A stretch of DNA of 64,000 nt from Eukaryota sp. GEM-RC1 (taxonomy: Eukaryota), in NCBI GenBank assembly GCA_040285855.1, contig JAUFOQ010000001.1:2852001-2916000 (forward strand), written 5' to 3'. How positions within the stretch are numbered: position 1 is the first letter of the stretch; every line of letters begins with the position of its first letter. The position numbers and the translations under genes were made by a program. Below the pieces are notes generated by a model that was not told where the DNA came from, did not search any database, and was given only the letters and a program-made list of their open reading frames with translations. This document shows positions 27,516 through 38,339 of the stretch, piece by piece.

Positions 27516-27990
27516 TAGATGAGATCAGTTTCCGCTCAGAACATTTTGGCAGATAGTATGTACGATCAGTTGTAGGTAAAAATTTCTTCAGTCCAAAATC
27601 CACAATTCATAAGTCTATGATTGGAGGGGTTGTGGCTTTAACAAAAGAGGGAATATTGCTTTGGCAGTTAAAGAACGGGCTCTATACTAGAGTAGAGTTT
27701 GTAAACTTTCTCAGAGATACATTGATGCGACAACTACTTTCAGTGTTTCCTGGAGATCCATCACCGTACTTAACTGATGCATCATCCATAGATCTCCTGA
27801 TCTTGAAGAAGGAATGAGAAAGTCAGGTGCCTTATACGTCCTGTTACCTCCGTATTGTCCGAAGATGAACCCAATTGAAAGCTTCTTTGATGTGATAAGG
27901 AAAAAAGTTCGATCAGTGAGTGGTAACTCTAGCTGCTCATCTTACAACACTTTGCAATCATCTTTGTAAGTACAACTGTGCTAACCTCTT
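27515..27990 (+). mobile_element. Tc1/IS630-like DDE transposase remnant
   Basis: IDEISF...EFVNFLRD...LTDASSI...LLPPYCPKMNPIESFFDVIRKKVR. Confidence 0.75.
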
Positions 27991-28074
27991 TCAGCATTCT
28001 GGCTGGAAAGACGGACTCTACTATAACTCTCCTTATACCCATCCTCTAACAGAGGTTCTATCTCAAAGTAGCTA

Positions 28075-29954
28075 CACAACTTACAGTAATTAGTGTAAGT
28101 TCACCAATTAGTGTAACAACACCAATTAGTGTAAGTGCGTTAATTAGTGTAGTGACACTAATTGTTGCAAAAACTTATTAAAAATAGTTTTGGCAACAAT
28201 TAGTGTCACATTCGAAAAACTTTAAAACATTAAATATATATACAAAGTTTTGTTTATAGAAGTTCTAGACTAGAACCCATACAGTACATATTCATTTCAT
28301 TCATCCAATGGACATTGATCTATTTTCGCCTTCACCTCTTAGAGCTTCTTTTGCTCATCAACGACAGGAGCAGCAACAAGAAGTCATCGTTGACATTCCG
28401 GAAGATGATGAACGTCCCGAAGTTCAAGTACAGATTGAAAGGGAACCTGATTACGCTGAAGAAGAACCCATTGCTGCTGCGGTTCAAGAAAATGGTGCAG
28501 AAGCTGTGGATAAAAGAAAACGCCGATCTCAAAAAGTAGCTCCTCTTGCAAAAAGAAAAGCATGTTTGGAATGGATGCAACAGGAAAAACTAAACGGTGC
28601 AGTCAAAATACCATCACGAGCAATCAGAGAATTTCCTGATGTATTTTCCAGTAATGCGAACGCTGCATTGGTGAAAGCGAGCCGAATGTTTAAAGACCAT
28701 GAATCACAATTGGAAAAACTCAGTAGAACCACAATGACTGTACAGCCAGTGCAGGTCAATGGTAGGAAAAAGGTACATCTGAAAGCGGTGGCAGGAAGAG
28801 GTCGAAAGCAAGAAGAATGGGTCATTTGGTTGTACGAAGAACTGGTAGCTAAGTTTTCAAGACTTGCGTCTGCTGGTGTGAAGTTCTCTACAAGCCTGCT
28901 ACTCATTTTGGCTAGAGATGTTCTTGAAAAGAGTGAACATGACACTTTTAATATCGATTTTATTAGTAAACATGGACGACGGTAAAACGTTGGGTTTTCG
29001 AGGAAAAGAAGTACGATACTGTGATGTTGTTAGTGGAGGTGTAGGTATGACGATGGTAGTACGCCTAGCAAAGATGAATGGCCAGGTTGTTGTTGCCGAT
29101 CCGTTCTTAATCTTCATCAACAAGAATTGCAGCTATCCTATATCTGGAGTTCCGACAAACATGGAAGGTGTGTCATATAGATCCGCATCAAACGGATTCA
29201 TGACTCGAAAGGTTTTCTTTGAGTGGTTGGGAGAACCAAAAGCCTTTCAATCAGACGTTTATGGAAGAAGAAAGGTAGTTTTCTGTGACAATGTTGCATC
29301 ACACAATGAGTCCGAAGAAATAACAGCAAGGTTGGAAGAAATGAATGTTGAAATCAGACGGTTGCCAGCTAATTCCACTCATCTCACTCAACCATGTGAT
29401 TCGTTTGTAATTGAAAAAATAAAGAAAGCCTGGGTACGTCAATGGGAGAAGAAGAAAATGCAATTGGTCCAGAAAAATGATTGGCGACCTGGCTCTGGAG
29501 CCCTCAGAAACCCAGGAAAAACGTATTTTTTGGATCTTGCCCGAAAATCTGTTCGAGAGGTAAACAACGCTCGCAATATTAATGGTCTTACATATCCAAA
29601 ATTGGCAATGATTCGGTGTGGACTATCAAGAGATGTCAACGGAGTTTGGCATGTTGGGCAGCTATCTGAACCATTACGTAAAATTGTCGAAAATCATCGA
29701 GATATCTTTGATCGAGCTGCCGCACATTAGCTTCTATTTCATATTAATGTTCATTAGTGTGAAACCTATTTGAATTGATGTGTTGTCTAAATTTTCTAAC
29801 TTACACTAATTAACGTCGCATTTACTTACACTAATTTATGTTGGCATATATTAGTGTAAGTCTTAATTAGGGTAAGTGACACTAATTTATGCCAATACTT
29901 TTCCAAATATGTTGGCAGAATTAGTGTCACTTACACTAATTACTGTAAGTTGTG
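28075..29954 (+). mobile_element. pogo/Tigger-like DNA transposon with perfect TIRs and TA target duplication; transposase split and internally deleted
   Basis: TIR CACAACTTACAGTAATTAGTGTAAGT at both ends flanked by TA, with many AATTAGTGT subterminal repeats. ORFs 28308-28985 (HTH region) and 28918-29730 (FCDNVASH, LPANSTHLTQPCD). Confidence 0.9.
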
Positions 29955-31150
29955 TAGTTTTTTCAATTCCGCAGACAAGCAGACAACAACAAATAAAGAT
30001 CTTTGTTGAATGTTCTACTAATCTGGATAGCTATTGAGCTTTTCTCTTCTACTCTATTAAAATTAACTGCAATACCTGCATCATAGTGTGACAGTTTTTG
30101 ATGTTACAGAGACAGAAATAATCATTTCCAGTAGGACACGAGTTTCAGTGATCACTCAATTTCCATGATTGACTGTCATCTTAGTGTGATCGGGAAATGA
30201 AATATCCACCATAAGTTCTCTTTTAAGCACTAAACAGGTTCTTGAAATACAATCAGAAACCTATTGGATTTGGTTATTAGAAATACAGAAGTTTTCCACT
30301 CACCCCACGTTAGACAATGTAATAACTTGATTGAGACTAAATAATTTAAGATTATCCGATACTGTTAGATAACAATGCTTATATATTAGTAAACGAACTT
30401 ACTTCGTCCACAGAAAGATGACAGATTTAGTTTTGAAGACAGAAAAATCCAACTTTCAATCTAGGATCAAAACCAAACTCACGATCAACAACTGATTAAA
30501 ATTGCTTGATAACTTACAACTTCACTAATGGTGCGTTTAATCCTGTATTCAGAACACTTTCGAATTTAATGTTAGATTATTACAATAAATTAACAGAATT
30601 TCCAAAAATTCTGGTTTCTCTTAAGGGACACTTTTACAGTAAAACCGTGTAACTGATGACTCTTGAAGCAGACCATCATTGAGATAAGCAGTGATTCTGT
30701 AAGGAAAAGCAGGGTAGAAATGCCACATTGATTGAGTTCAGTGATGTGTCATTGAGTATTGACAGAGAGATAGCAGAGACCTAAGAAGTGGCAGGTAAGA
30801 TGTTCTTTTAGGAGTACTGAACTGGAAGAGTTGTTTTTTGAAAGATTACTGAGGTGATAAAGAACATGCATCTTTGAGAGATCGTAATCTCAAATACAGC
30901 GAACAGAGACCGGAAGATGCTTTGAAGAGAGAAGGACGGAAGATTAGTAGGAAAGACTTGAAAGATTATGACAAGAGGAAATTGGAAAGTACATTGCAAC
31001 AGGTTCACCCACAAGCATTGTAAAAAAAATGATAGAGAAAGAATGTGCAATGTACACTACTTGTAGCTGGATTTGTGTGGAAACTGACAAATGTAAGGAT
31101 TCAGAGGAGCCCAGAAACGAACCACATCATTTCTCTCCTTTTGCATTCTC

Positions 31151-32724
31151 ATGTCATTCTCCCTTTCCCAGCAGAAACTCTTTCTATTATCCTCGATGAA
31201 CCTTTCCTATGCAATCAAACCATTACATTTGGAGAAGAGTCTATTGAAGTGAACAAATTCATCCTTGCTGCTCATTCTACCTACTTCCGATCTCTTTGGT
31301 TCTTGGAGTTTGGTGATAGAGACGAAAACCCAATCGACTTCTCCCATCTCCTTGTTGACTCTAACCACTTTCTTGCCTTCATCCAGTCCTTCTTTGGACG
31401 ATCTTTCACTCTCAACGAGAACAATGCTTATGACTTCTACTATCTCGTCCACTACTTCCAAGTGGACAAACTGATCGTACAAGTGGAAAACCACCTCAAC
31501 ACTCATCTCGTAACCTGGGCTTGGTTAAAACCATTCATTAAAGAAGCAGATGAAAGAAATGACTTGAGAGCTCTGGAATTCGTTGGTCCTTTCTTTTCTA
31601 AGATTGATGACCTTGTGATTGATGACGTGATGGCAATCACTACTGAAGGGTTAAAAACTCTTTGCAAATACTGTACTTCCACTCAATCTCAATCGTGGTT
31701 CGTCAAATCAACGGTGGAATCAATTTTAAATCAAAGTTTTGATTTGAATGAATTTTTAAATGTTTTAAATTCTTGTTCAATTGAAGCCTTTTCTTTTCAA
31801 CAATGGGATGAGTTTCTGTTTGTTCCTTTAAAAGATGTTGAAGAATTGGAAGCCGATTTGATGAAGTTTTTGTTTACAAGAGTTAAGAATCTTTATTTTG
31901 ACGTTTTGGTTAAGGAAAATTCTGAGTTGAAGGAAGAAATATCTGATTTGAACATTCAAAATTCTGAATTAACCACCAAATGTTCGGATTTGGAAAGCAA
32001 CAATTCTGACTTAAACACACTTACTACTGATTTAACAACGGAAATTCATGATTTGAAAGCAGACAACTCTAGTTTAAAGGCAAACAATTCTGATTTATCC
32101 ATGAAAATTTCCAGTTTAAAAACTGATATTCAGAATTTAACTGCTACAAAGTCTAACGAAATTACCAAACTAAGACAAAAAATTGAGCAACTTAAAAAGA
32201 CAACTACAGAAACTCAAGTGGTGTCTCAATCAGTTCCTCAATCAAAAGTGATTAGATTCTCCCCAACTAAGAAACACTCTCAGTTACAAGTTAGTGGGGA
32301 TAGAAAGAGAGTTGTTTTTGGAAGTGGTGGTAATGGTGTGACTAGAAATATCTTGGGAGAAGATCCACTTCTTCCAGGTAATGTGTATACTTGGAAGTTG
32401 AGGTACCAGGGGCGTACTGGTAGTCTTATTGTTGGAGTCATTGACGAGTCAAAGTTTAGTGTAGAAGGTAATTTAGATACAGGTGCTCACCGTTTCCACA
32501 ATCTTGGTGGTGTTTTTGGTTGTCTCTCAGGAATCAAAACTCATTTGAATCCTGGTGAATTATTCGAAATCAATGTAAATCTCATCAATCACACTTTAAC
32601 CATCAAATCGGTAGATAATTCTTCAATTAATCTTACTGGAACTCTTCCCCAATTAAGTAGTGGTAATTATTATCCATATGCTATGTTGTATCATATTGAT
32701 CATGTACTTGAAATCGTTGAATAA
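31151..32724 (+). CDS. BTB - coiled coil - SPRY protein, copy 4 (intact except a 1-nt deletion just after the ATG, possibly a sequencing error)
   Basis: ATG at 31151 aligns with the copy 3 ATG. CTTTCCCAGCA versus CTTCCCCCAGCA; the rest is open to TAA 32724. Confidence 0.8.
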
Positions 32725-33899
32725 AGTTGATATCATTTTGCGTAAGTCTCATCTTTCGAATCATTGTCTCAAATTAAAATATTTGATATCAACGATGACG
32801 AGTGACAGAAAAGAGAAAAGTTCATTTATTAAAGAACTTGGTCGTCCAACACCAAAAACTATTACTCTTTAGGGTTCTGATAGTGTGATTAATGTCCATC
32901 ACCGTGATTCCATTCGTGCGTATACTTTTTATTTATTTTTGGCTGTTATTAGAGTGATAGTCTTTTTTGGAAGTGGAAAATGTAAAAATGATTGTATTTC
33001 CTTGGTCCAAAATATAGACATTCAAAATGTCTAAAAGGTGTCATTGGAGTTTCGGACGAGAAAATTTCAAAGAAATGACAGTATTTTCTAATATTTCGCA
33101 AACATTGATTGGGAAACAAGTTTGTCAAAGATCAGAAATTAAAAAGCTCAATTTGATGAGCCTGGTTATTATGTCAGTACAATATAGCTATTTCCAAATC
33201 CGGATGCTTGCTAGTTGTAGAGGCGTTCTACTTTTCAATGTGTCCTAATATGAATAAACGTGGTCAGGGTTTTAAAACATACATATTATTATATTGCCAT
33301 ATTTTGAAAAACAATCCGACACAATGTAAGAGAATCAACAGGGATTAAAGGTCAGTTATTGAGATTGTTGGGTCTTTCAGGATTTTTTACTAACAGATCC
33401 TCCTTCGAGGCTGTGAGAAATACAGTCTTTGTTGATAATCCAACTGTTTCAAAATTTCCCTGTTTTCTCTAGAATCAATTTGAATTCTTTATTACTGCAA
33501 TACATTAGAATATATATTTATTGTGCAAAAAAACGGGGTTTATGATCAATCAGTGAAATTAATGCATTTGCAGAAGTTAATAACTAACAGACACTAACTA
33601 AAGCATCTAAATTATGATTCTTCTATCCATCACCGAACAACTTACCTAAAATTGAATTAAAATATCTTTGCATTGAACGAAACAACGCAAACGTTAACCT
33701 ACTCAACCAAAAATTTTAATGAAAACTCAGAACACAATTTACCAAAGGAAGTTAAAAAACCTTGTGCAGCTGGTCCAGCATTACCATATATCGACATCGC
33801 AAAATGTTGAAACACAAAGAGAATTGTACCTGTCAACATTCAATTGGTGAATTAAGTGGTAGTACTTTGTATTTTTTCAATTTTCAGCCAGTTCAAGAG

Positions 33900-34480
33900 C
33901 ACAATAATCATCATCAAATCACCGCGACTTCTATCAACTTTTGGCTGAGCAGAAAGATTAGCAAGTAAAGGTTCAATTTTTCCATGAAAACCATTTGCTT
34001 TAAACATATCCAAACTTGTATCCCGGATACCGTTGTGAATAATTGATCTAAAATGAGTAAATTGATGACAGTTAACTAAATGATGAAAATTTGAAGCCCT
34101 TGAAGGACCACAAGGACATGGAGAATGCTTCAAAAGACCTGAAGGCCATAAACCTCACCTAAGTCTCATGTTTATAAGCCATTCATGATCCTTAAGATTA
34201 AAACAAAATTTTCGTGGTAAAATATAAAATAAATTTCGAGAAACAAATGAAGACGCAGATCTTGAAGAAATATCATTCACAAATGGACAAAAAGCGGGAC
34301 TCTTAGTCTTAGCCAAGCTAATACGGTTCTTAAAGTCCAAGCTTTCGTGAAACAAAACAAACTTCTTCTGTAACTTGCGAACACACAAAGGCAAAAAGAA
34401 AATGCTTCTCTGCTGAATTTCTGTTACCCCAACAGGCAATAACTCTGACCACAAATTGGAGTCAAGATTATCAATTAAAT
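33900..34480 (-). mobile_element. RLE-type non-LTR retrotransposon fragment
   Basis: HEWLINMRLR...CPCG..FHHLVNC..RSIIHNGIRD...IEPLL...SRGDL. Confidence 0.7.
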
Positions 34481-35629
34481 TTTGAAAACTAATTAACCAT
34501 ACACAATAATTTATTGTCCAAAGTTCTTTGTACCAATATATTTATTGTAAATACAAGAATATTGCAGTATTTTACTATACATATCGATATGTCATTCATT
34601 TTCAAGCAACTCTCACAACCGACATCGACTTCCAATCAATAGAAAGCAGCAATGAGCTCTTCTAAGAATATGGCGTTGATTCAAAATGGCTTATGACATC
34701 TTCGAAACGTGGAATTTGACAACTTTCATATGTCTGCTCCTCGACGCAAAGTGTTTGTGGATCAGCTTTTCACTGTTGCCAATCCCGAAGGTGCTGCAAG
34801 TTCTGTAGTAGAGGACCAGACAGTATATTTCTGCAACATTTGTTGCAATTTTATCTTCGATGAAAGTACTACCAAACTGATTGTTCACGACCATTCTAGC
34901 TCATAGTACTATTGCTCATACAAGTAAACAGTTTTTATTGAGTGTATGTTGTTTCAACTTTAAGCACATAAATGAATATAATGTTTAGAAGAGGTGTAGA
35001 GCATTCAGAGGAACCTGGAGAGAGAAAACTCAACTTTTAGTGTGATCATCTTGGTCAATGGAGCATCTCGATCGTGTAAATTAATGGATTTGTTGCAGAG
35101 GTAGAAGGAAACGGGTTTTTGATACAAACTTTGGATGTTTTAGATCCAGAAGCCATCAGATTTAAATATAAGTCATTCTACACATTTTCCCTTTATGTTG
35201 CTGTTTATTGATGACGTGGCGGTTCCTAGGGATACTGATGAATATATTGCAATTGTAATGCATTATTCCACGTACTAGTAGCTAAAAACGCCCAAATTCA
35301 CCTTTTATATGTGGTTTTTTGTGCGGCTTTCAGTGGATACTATTGATTGCTTTCAGGGCTGTGGAAGTTCAGATACTGATCAAACAAATGAACCACTATT
35401 TAGTATATGTTCACAGACACACACTTAAAACGCTTGATTCAACGATATGATAACATCATCATCTTTAGAGGATATTCTTCTGCTATTTGTGTTAGTATTT
35501 GGGTTTAAAACACTGCAATTTAACAACGAATCGCTTCTTATCAGAATATATATATGAGTCATATTAAAAAATGAACCGAAAATATACATTTTAGTGGTTA
35601 CTATGCACAAAACACTGGATAAATCTAGA

Positions 35630-36445
35630 TCAGGATTGCTTCTTCGAGTTGACAGTGCTTAAATTAACACTCAGGTTATCAAACGGATAAACCACGTCAT
35701 CATCAGAGGTGTCCGAATACACTATTGGAACTCGACGTGGGATAGGCTTCGAATAAGTACTATTAGAAGGATGACGATTACGAGATGTGAAGACTTTGGA
35801 GGGATTTGTAGGGCGACTACTGTGTTCATCCAACATAGCGGATAGCATAGGTTCTTCCTCATTCTTAGATAGGTAGTGGGGAGTTCGTGTTTCGGTTACG
35901 TACTGGGAGACTGCAGACTGAGCGTGGAGGGAGCCTTGGTCTCTCTTTGAGAAGTTGGCAACTCTATTGGCGCTGAAACCAATCTTAGAAGCTTCAGAGA
36001 AAGAGTCAATGTTGGCACCTAAGAAGAGAAACTTCCATTGGCACTGATCTTCCTTTTGACGAACCAACTTCCTTATTTGGTTAGTAGTAAACTCACGAGA
36101 AGCGTTTTCTTTCCCATCAGTGAAGATCACAAATACAACATTGGAGGGAGTCTTGGATACTTGGCTTTCTACGGAAGAAATTGCACGACCAATAGCATCC
36201 AGCAATGCAGTTGAGCCTCGTGGAACAAACTCTGAGCGAGAAATATGAGGAACAGAATGAATGTCTACTTGATCATGTAGAACTTCATACATGTTATCAA
36301 ACAAGACTGTGGTTAGAAAGCAGCTTCCAAAGGGAACTTTCTTCTGTTCTTCTAATGTTGAGTTAAAGCCGCCAATAACGTCGTCAACAATGTCATGCAT
36401 TGATCCAGAACGATCGAGAAGAAAGACTAGAGATGTTGATTCCAT
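35630..36445 (-). CDS. von Willebrand factor A domain protein
   Basis: Intact MIDAS DRSGS, GSTALLDAIG, VIFTDGKEN, FLFLGAN, and a low-complexity C-terminal tail. Confidence 0.9.
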   Translation of the reverse strand: MESTSLVFLLDRSGSMHDIVDDVIGGFNSTLEEQKKVPFGSCFLTTVLFDNMYEVLHDQVDIHSVPHISRSEFVPRGSTALLDAIGRAISSVESQVSKTPSNVVFVIFTDGKENASREFTTNQIRKLVRQKEDQCQWKFLFLGANIDSFSEASKIGFSANRVANFSKRDQGSLHAQSAVSQYVTETRTPHYLSKNEEEPMLSAMLDEHSSRPTNPSKVFTSRNRHPSNSTYSKPIPRRVPIVYSDTSDDDVVYPFDNLSVNLSTVNSKKQS

Positions 36446-37430
36446 GGGGAGAGAGATTTTTATGAAACTTTTTTAAATTCTGTCTTCCCACAAAGTTTCC
36501 ACTTCATTGGTGTATGGAAACGTTGGATAGCAAAATCCATGGGATCTCAACTTCTCGTATGGATCTGTTCTTAACTCACTTTCTGTTCTTCTGCTTTGTT
36601 CTTAAATATGTCAACTCGAAGAATCCACGACAATTATCGTGATCAAAGAACAAATTCGCCAATAGAAGACAGGAGTACGAAACTTCCTTCCACTTCAACT
36701 GTTTCCCTTGACTGCAGTAACTGATATAATACAACTACGAATATTCGGTAAGATCTGGAACCCTACCCTCATCACATTTTCTGACCACATGTTGGTTCGT
36801 TCAATACTCGACACAAAGTAACACTTAAAAAAACACCTCGAGGCGCTATATGGACATAAATGTTAACCGAAAGTATAGTGTCGTTGAAAAACACGAATGA
36901 ATCTTGGACCACTACTTCCAAACATCGAATATGGAAAATTGTATGTGCAATGAAGTTAGTATTAGTACGTTTAACTTGAACGTGTTCAGTACATATGAAG
37001 TTCAAATGGAACTGACTGAGCATTTAGTTCGTTCTGTTTTGATGTCTGATTGTAACAATAACCACTGTCGTGACTCGTGTGTTTAGTTAAAATGTCAGAA
37101 CATCAGTAGTACAATTCTGGTTCTTCATTCAATTTTGGGAAATAGTCTCGATGACCATTAGAAGGGTATAGTGTAATTGAACGAACTTTGTGTCTTCTTG
37201 TCTGCGTTTAGAAACATGATACTACCAATGGAACGAAGGGTTGACCAGGTAAATTACTGTTGTAAAAGCGGTTGTTCCTGATAGATCACTGCTTTACGAC
37301 GAGTGAAGATGAGATAAAAAGAAGAGATGTGAAGAAATGAGTTCTAGATAGACATCCGACATACTTGTTCAAAATGAAGGACCAAAGAACAGAGTGTGTA
37401 AGAAATCAGTGATAAAAGATGATTTGAAAA

Positions 37431-37528
37431 CGCGACGACATGGAATCGAACCACGGTTATTACGAGTAATTTAAAACGACTAGTTTTGAATAATGAATTG
37501 TAATGTTCTCCCACTGAACTACCGTCGC
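37431..37528 (-). ncRNA. tRNA-like gene, paralogue of 24234-24352, with a 34-nt anticodon-loop region (canonical splicing would give UCA)
   Basis: Same body with only 3 substitutions, an unrelated insert, and T4 downstream. Confidence 0.8.
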
Positions 37529-37911
37529 TTTCAAAGTTCCAGCAGGCACTATTGATTAAAAATACATGAAACATCCTTCTGAAAATACACTATGCTTTCT
37601 TTACTACACTATACCAGTTACAGCTGAAGAAAAGCCACTATTCGATTGGTCAATACCTCCGACAGTAAAGATATATTACAGTACTTGAGTAATCATACCA
37701 GGACTAGGATAAAGACATCGAAGACAGACTGCTTTGAGTTTGTCCTGAATAGCAATGGCATAGAGGAACTCACAAGATATGAGTAATTGAGCAACAACAT
37801 CAAGTATTAGAGAGGCACTGGTGCGCTAGACATAGTCATCACCTTACCTTTAGAAATGGACAACCAACGTCGATAGTTCAAAACAAAAAAAATTAAAACG
37901 TTCTATTAGTA

Positions 37912-38153
37912 CATTGGCCACAACAAATAGTCTCAGTGAGACTAATTCATAATTTAAGACTTATTAATTTATTTTTTAGACTAACCTAGTTGTAAAATGG
38001 TCTATTCATAAATTAATCTCATAAAGACTTATTTTCATCTAACAAAATTTGGCCCAAAAAGGTCCGAAAGGGCGCAAAACACCAATTAATTTTAGTGAGA
38101 TTAATTCTGAACTGAGAATAATTTTCCGCTCAGACTAAATATTGTGACCGCTG
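37912..38153. mobile_element. Tc1/mariner-type MITE
   Basis: Imperfect TIRs CATTGGCCACAACAAATAGTCTCAG and (rc) CAGCGGTCACAATATTTAGTCTGAG, flanked by TA. Confidence 0.6.
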
Positions 38154-38339
38154 TAGATGGTTTTTCTTTTACAATCTTCACAAAGAGTTGCAGTAACGAT
38201 GTTGCAGAATTACCTAGAGAGCCGTACAACGAAACTACAAACATGTATAACAAGTAATTCTAGTGTGAACCCGAATTCAATACATGAACTTTCAAATTTT
38301 GCATGACACTTTTCCGTTGGGAATGTCTCACCAATCAAT

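Noticed and set aside
27515..28070. Fanzor/TnpB cargo beside the IS630-like remnant
   Set aside because: I saw no RuvC or zinc-finger motifs nearby.
28075..28210. CRISPR-like repeat array
   Set aside because: These are short irregular repeats mirrored at the other element end, so they are transposon subterminal repeats. There are no cas genes.
3660..32724. Diversity-generating retroelement as the source of SPRY variation
   Set aside because: The differences include codon indels and non-adenine changes. There is no template repeat or DGR-type RT; the only RT seen is a degraded non-LTR one.
37431..37528. Selenocysteine tRNA (UCA)
   Set aside because: It has a 4-nt variable loop and a normal 7/5 acceptor-T geometry, without the long variable arm.
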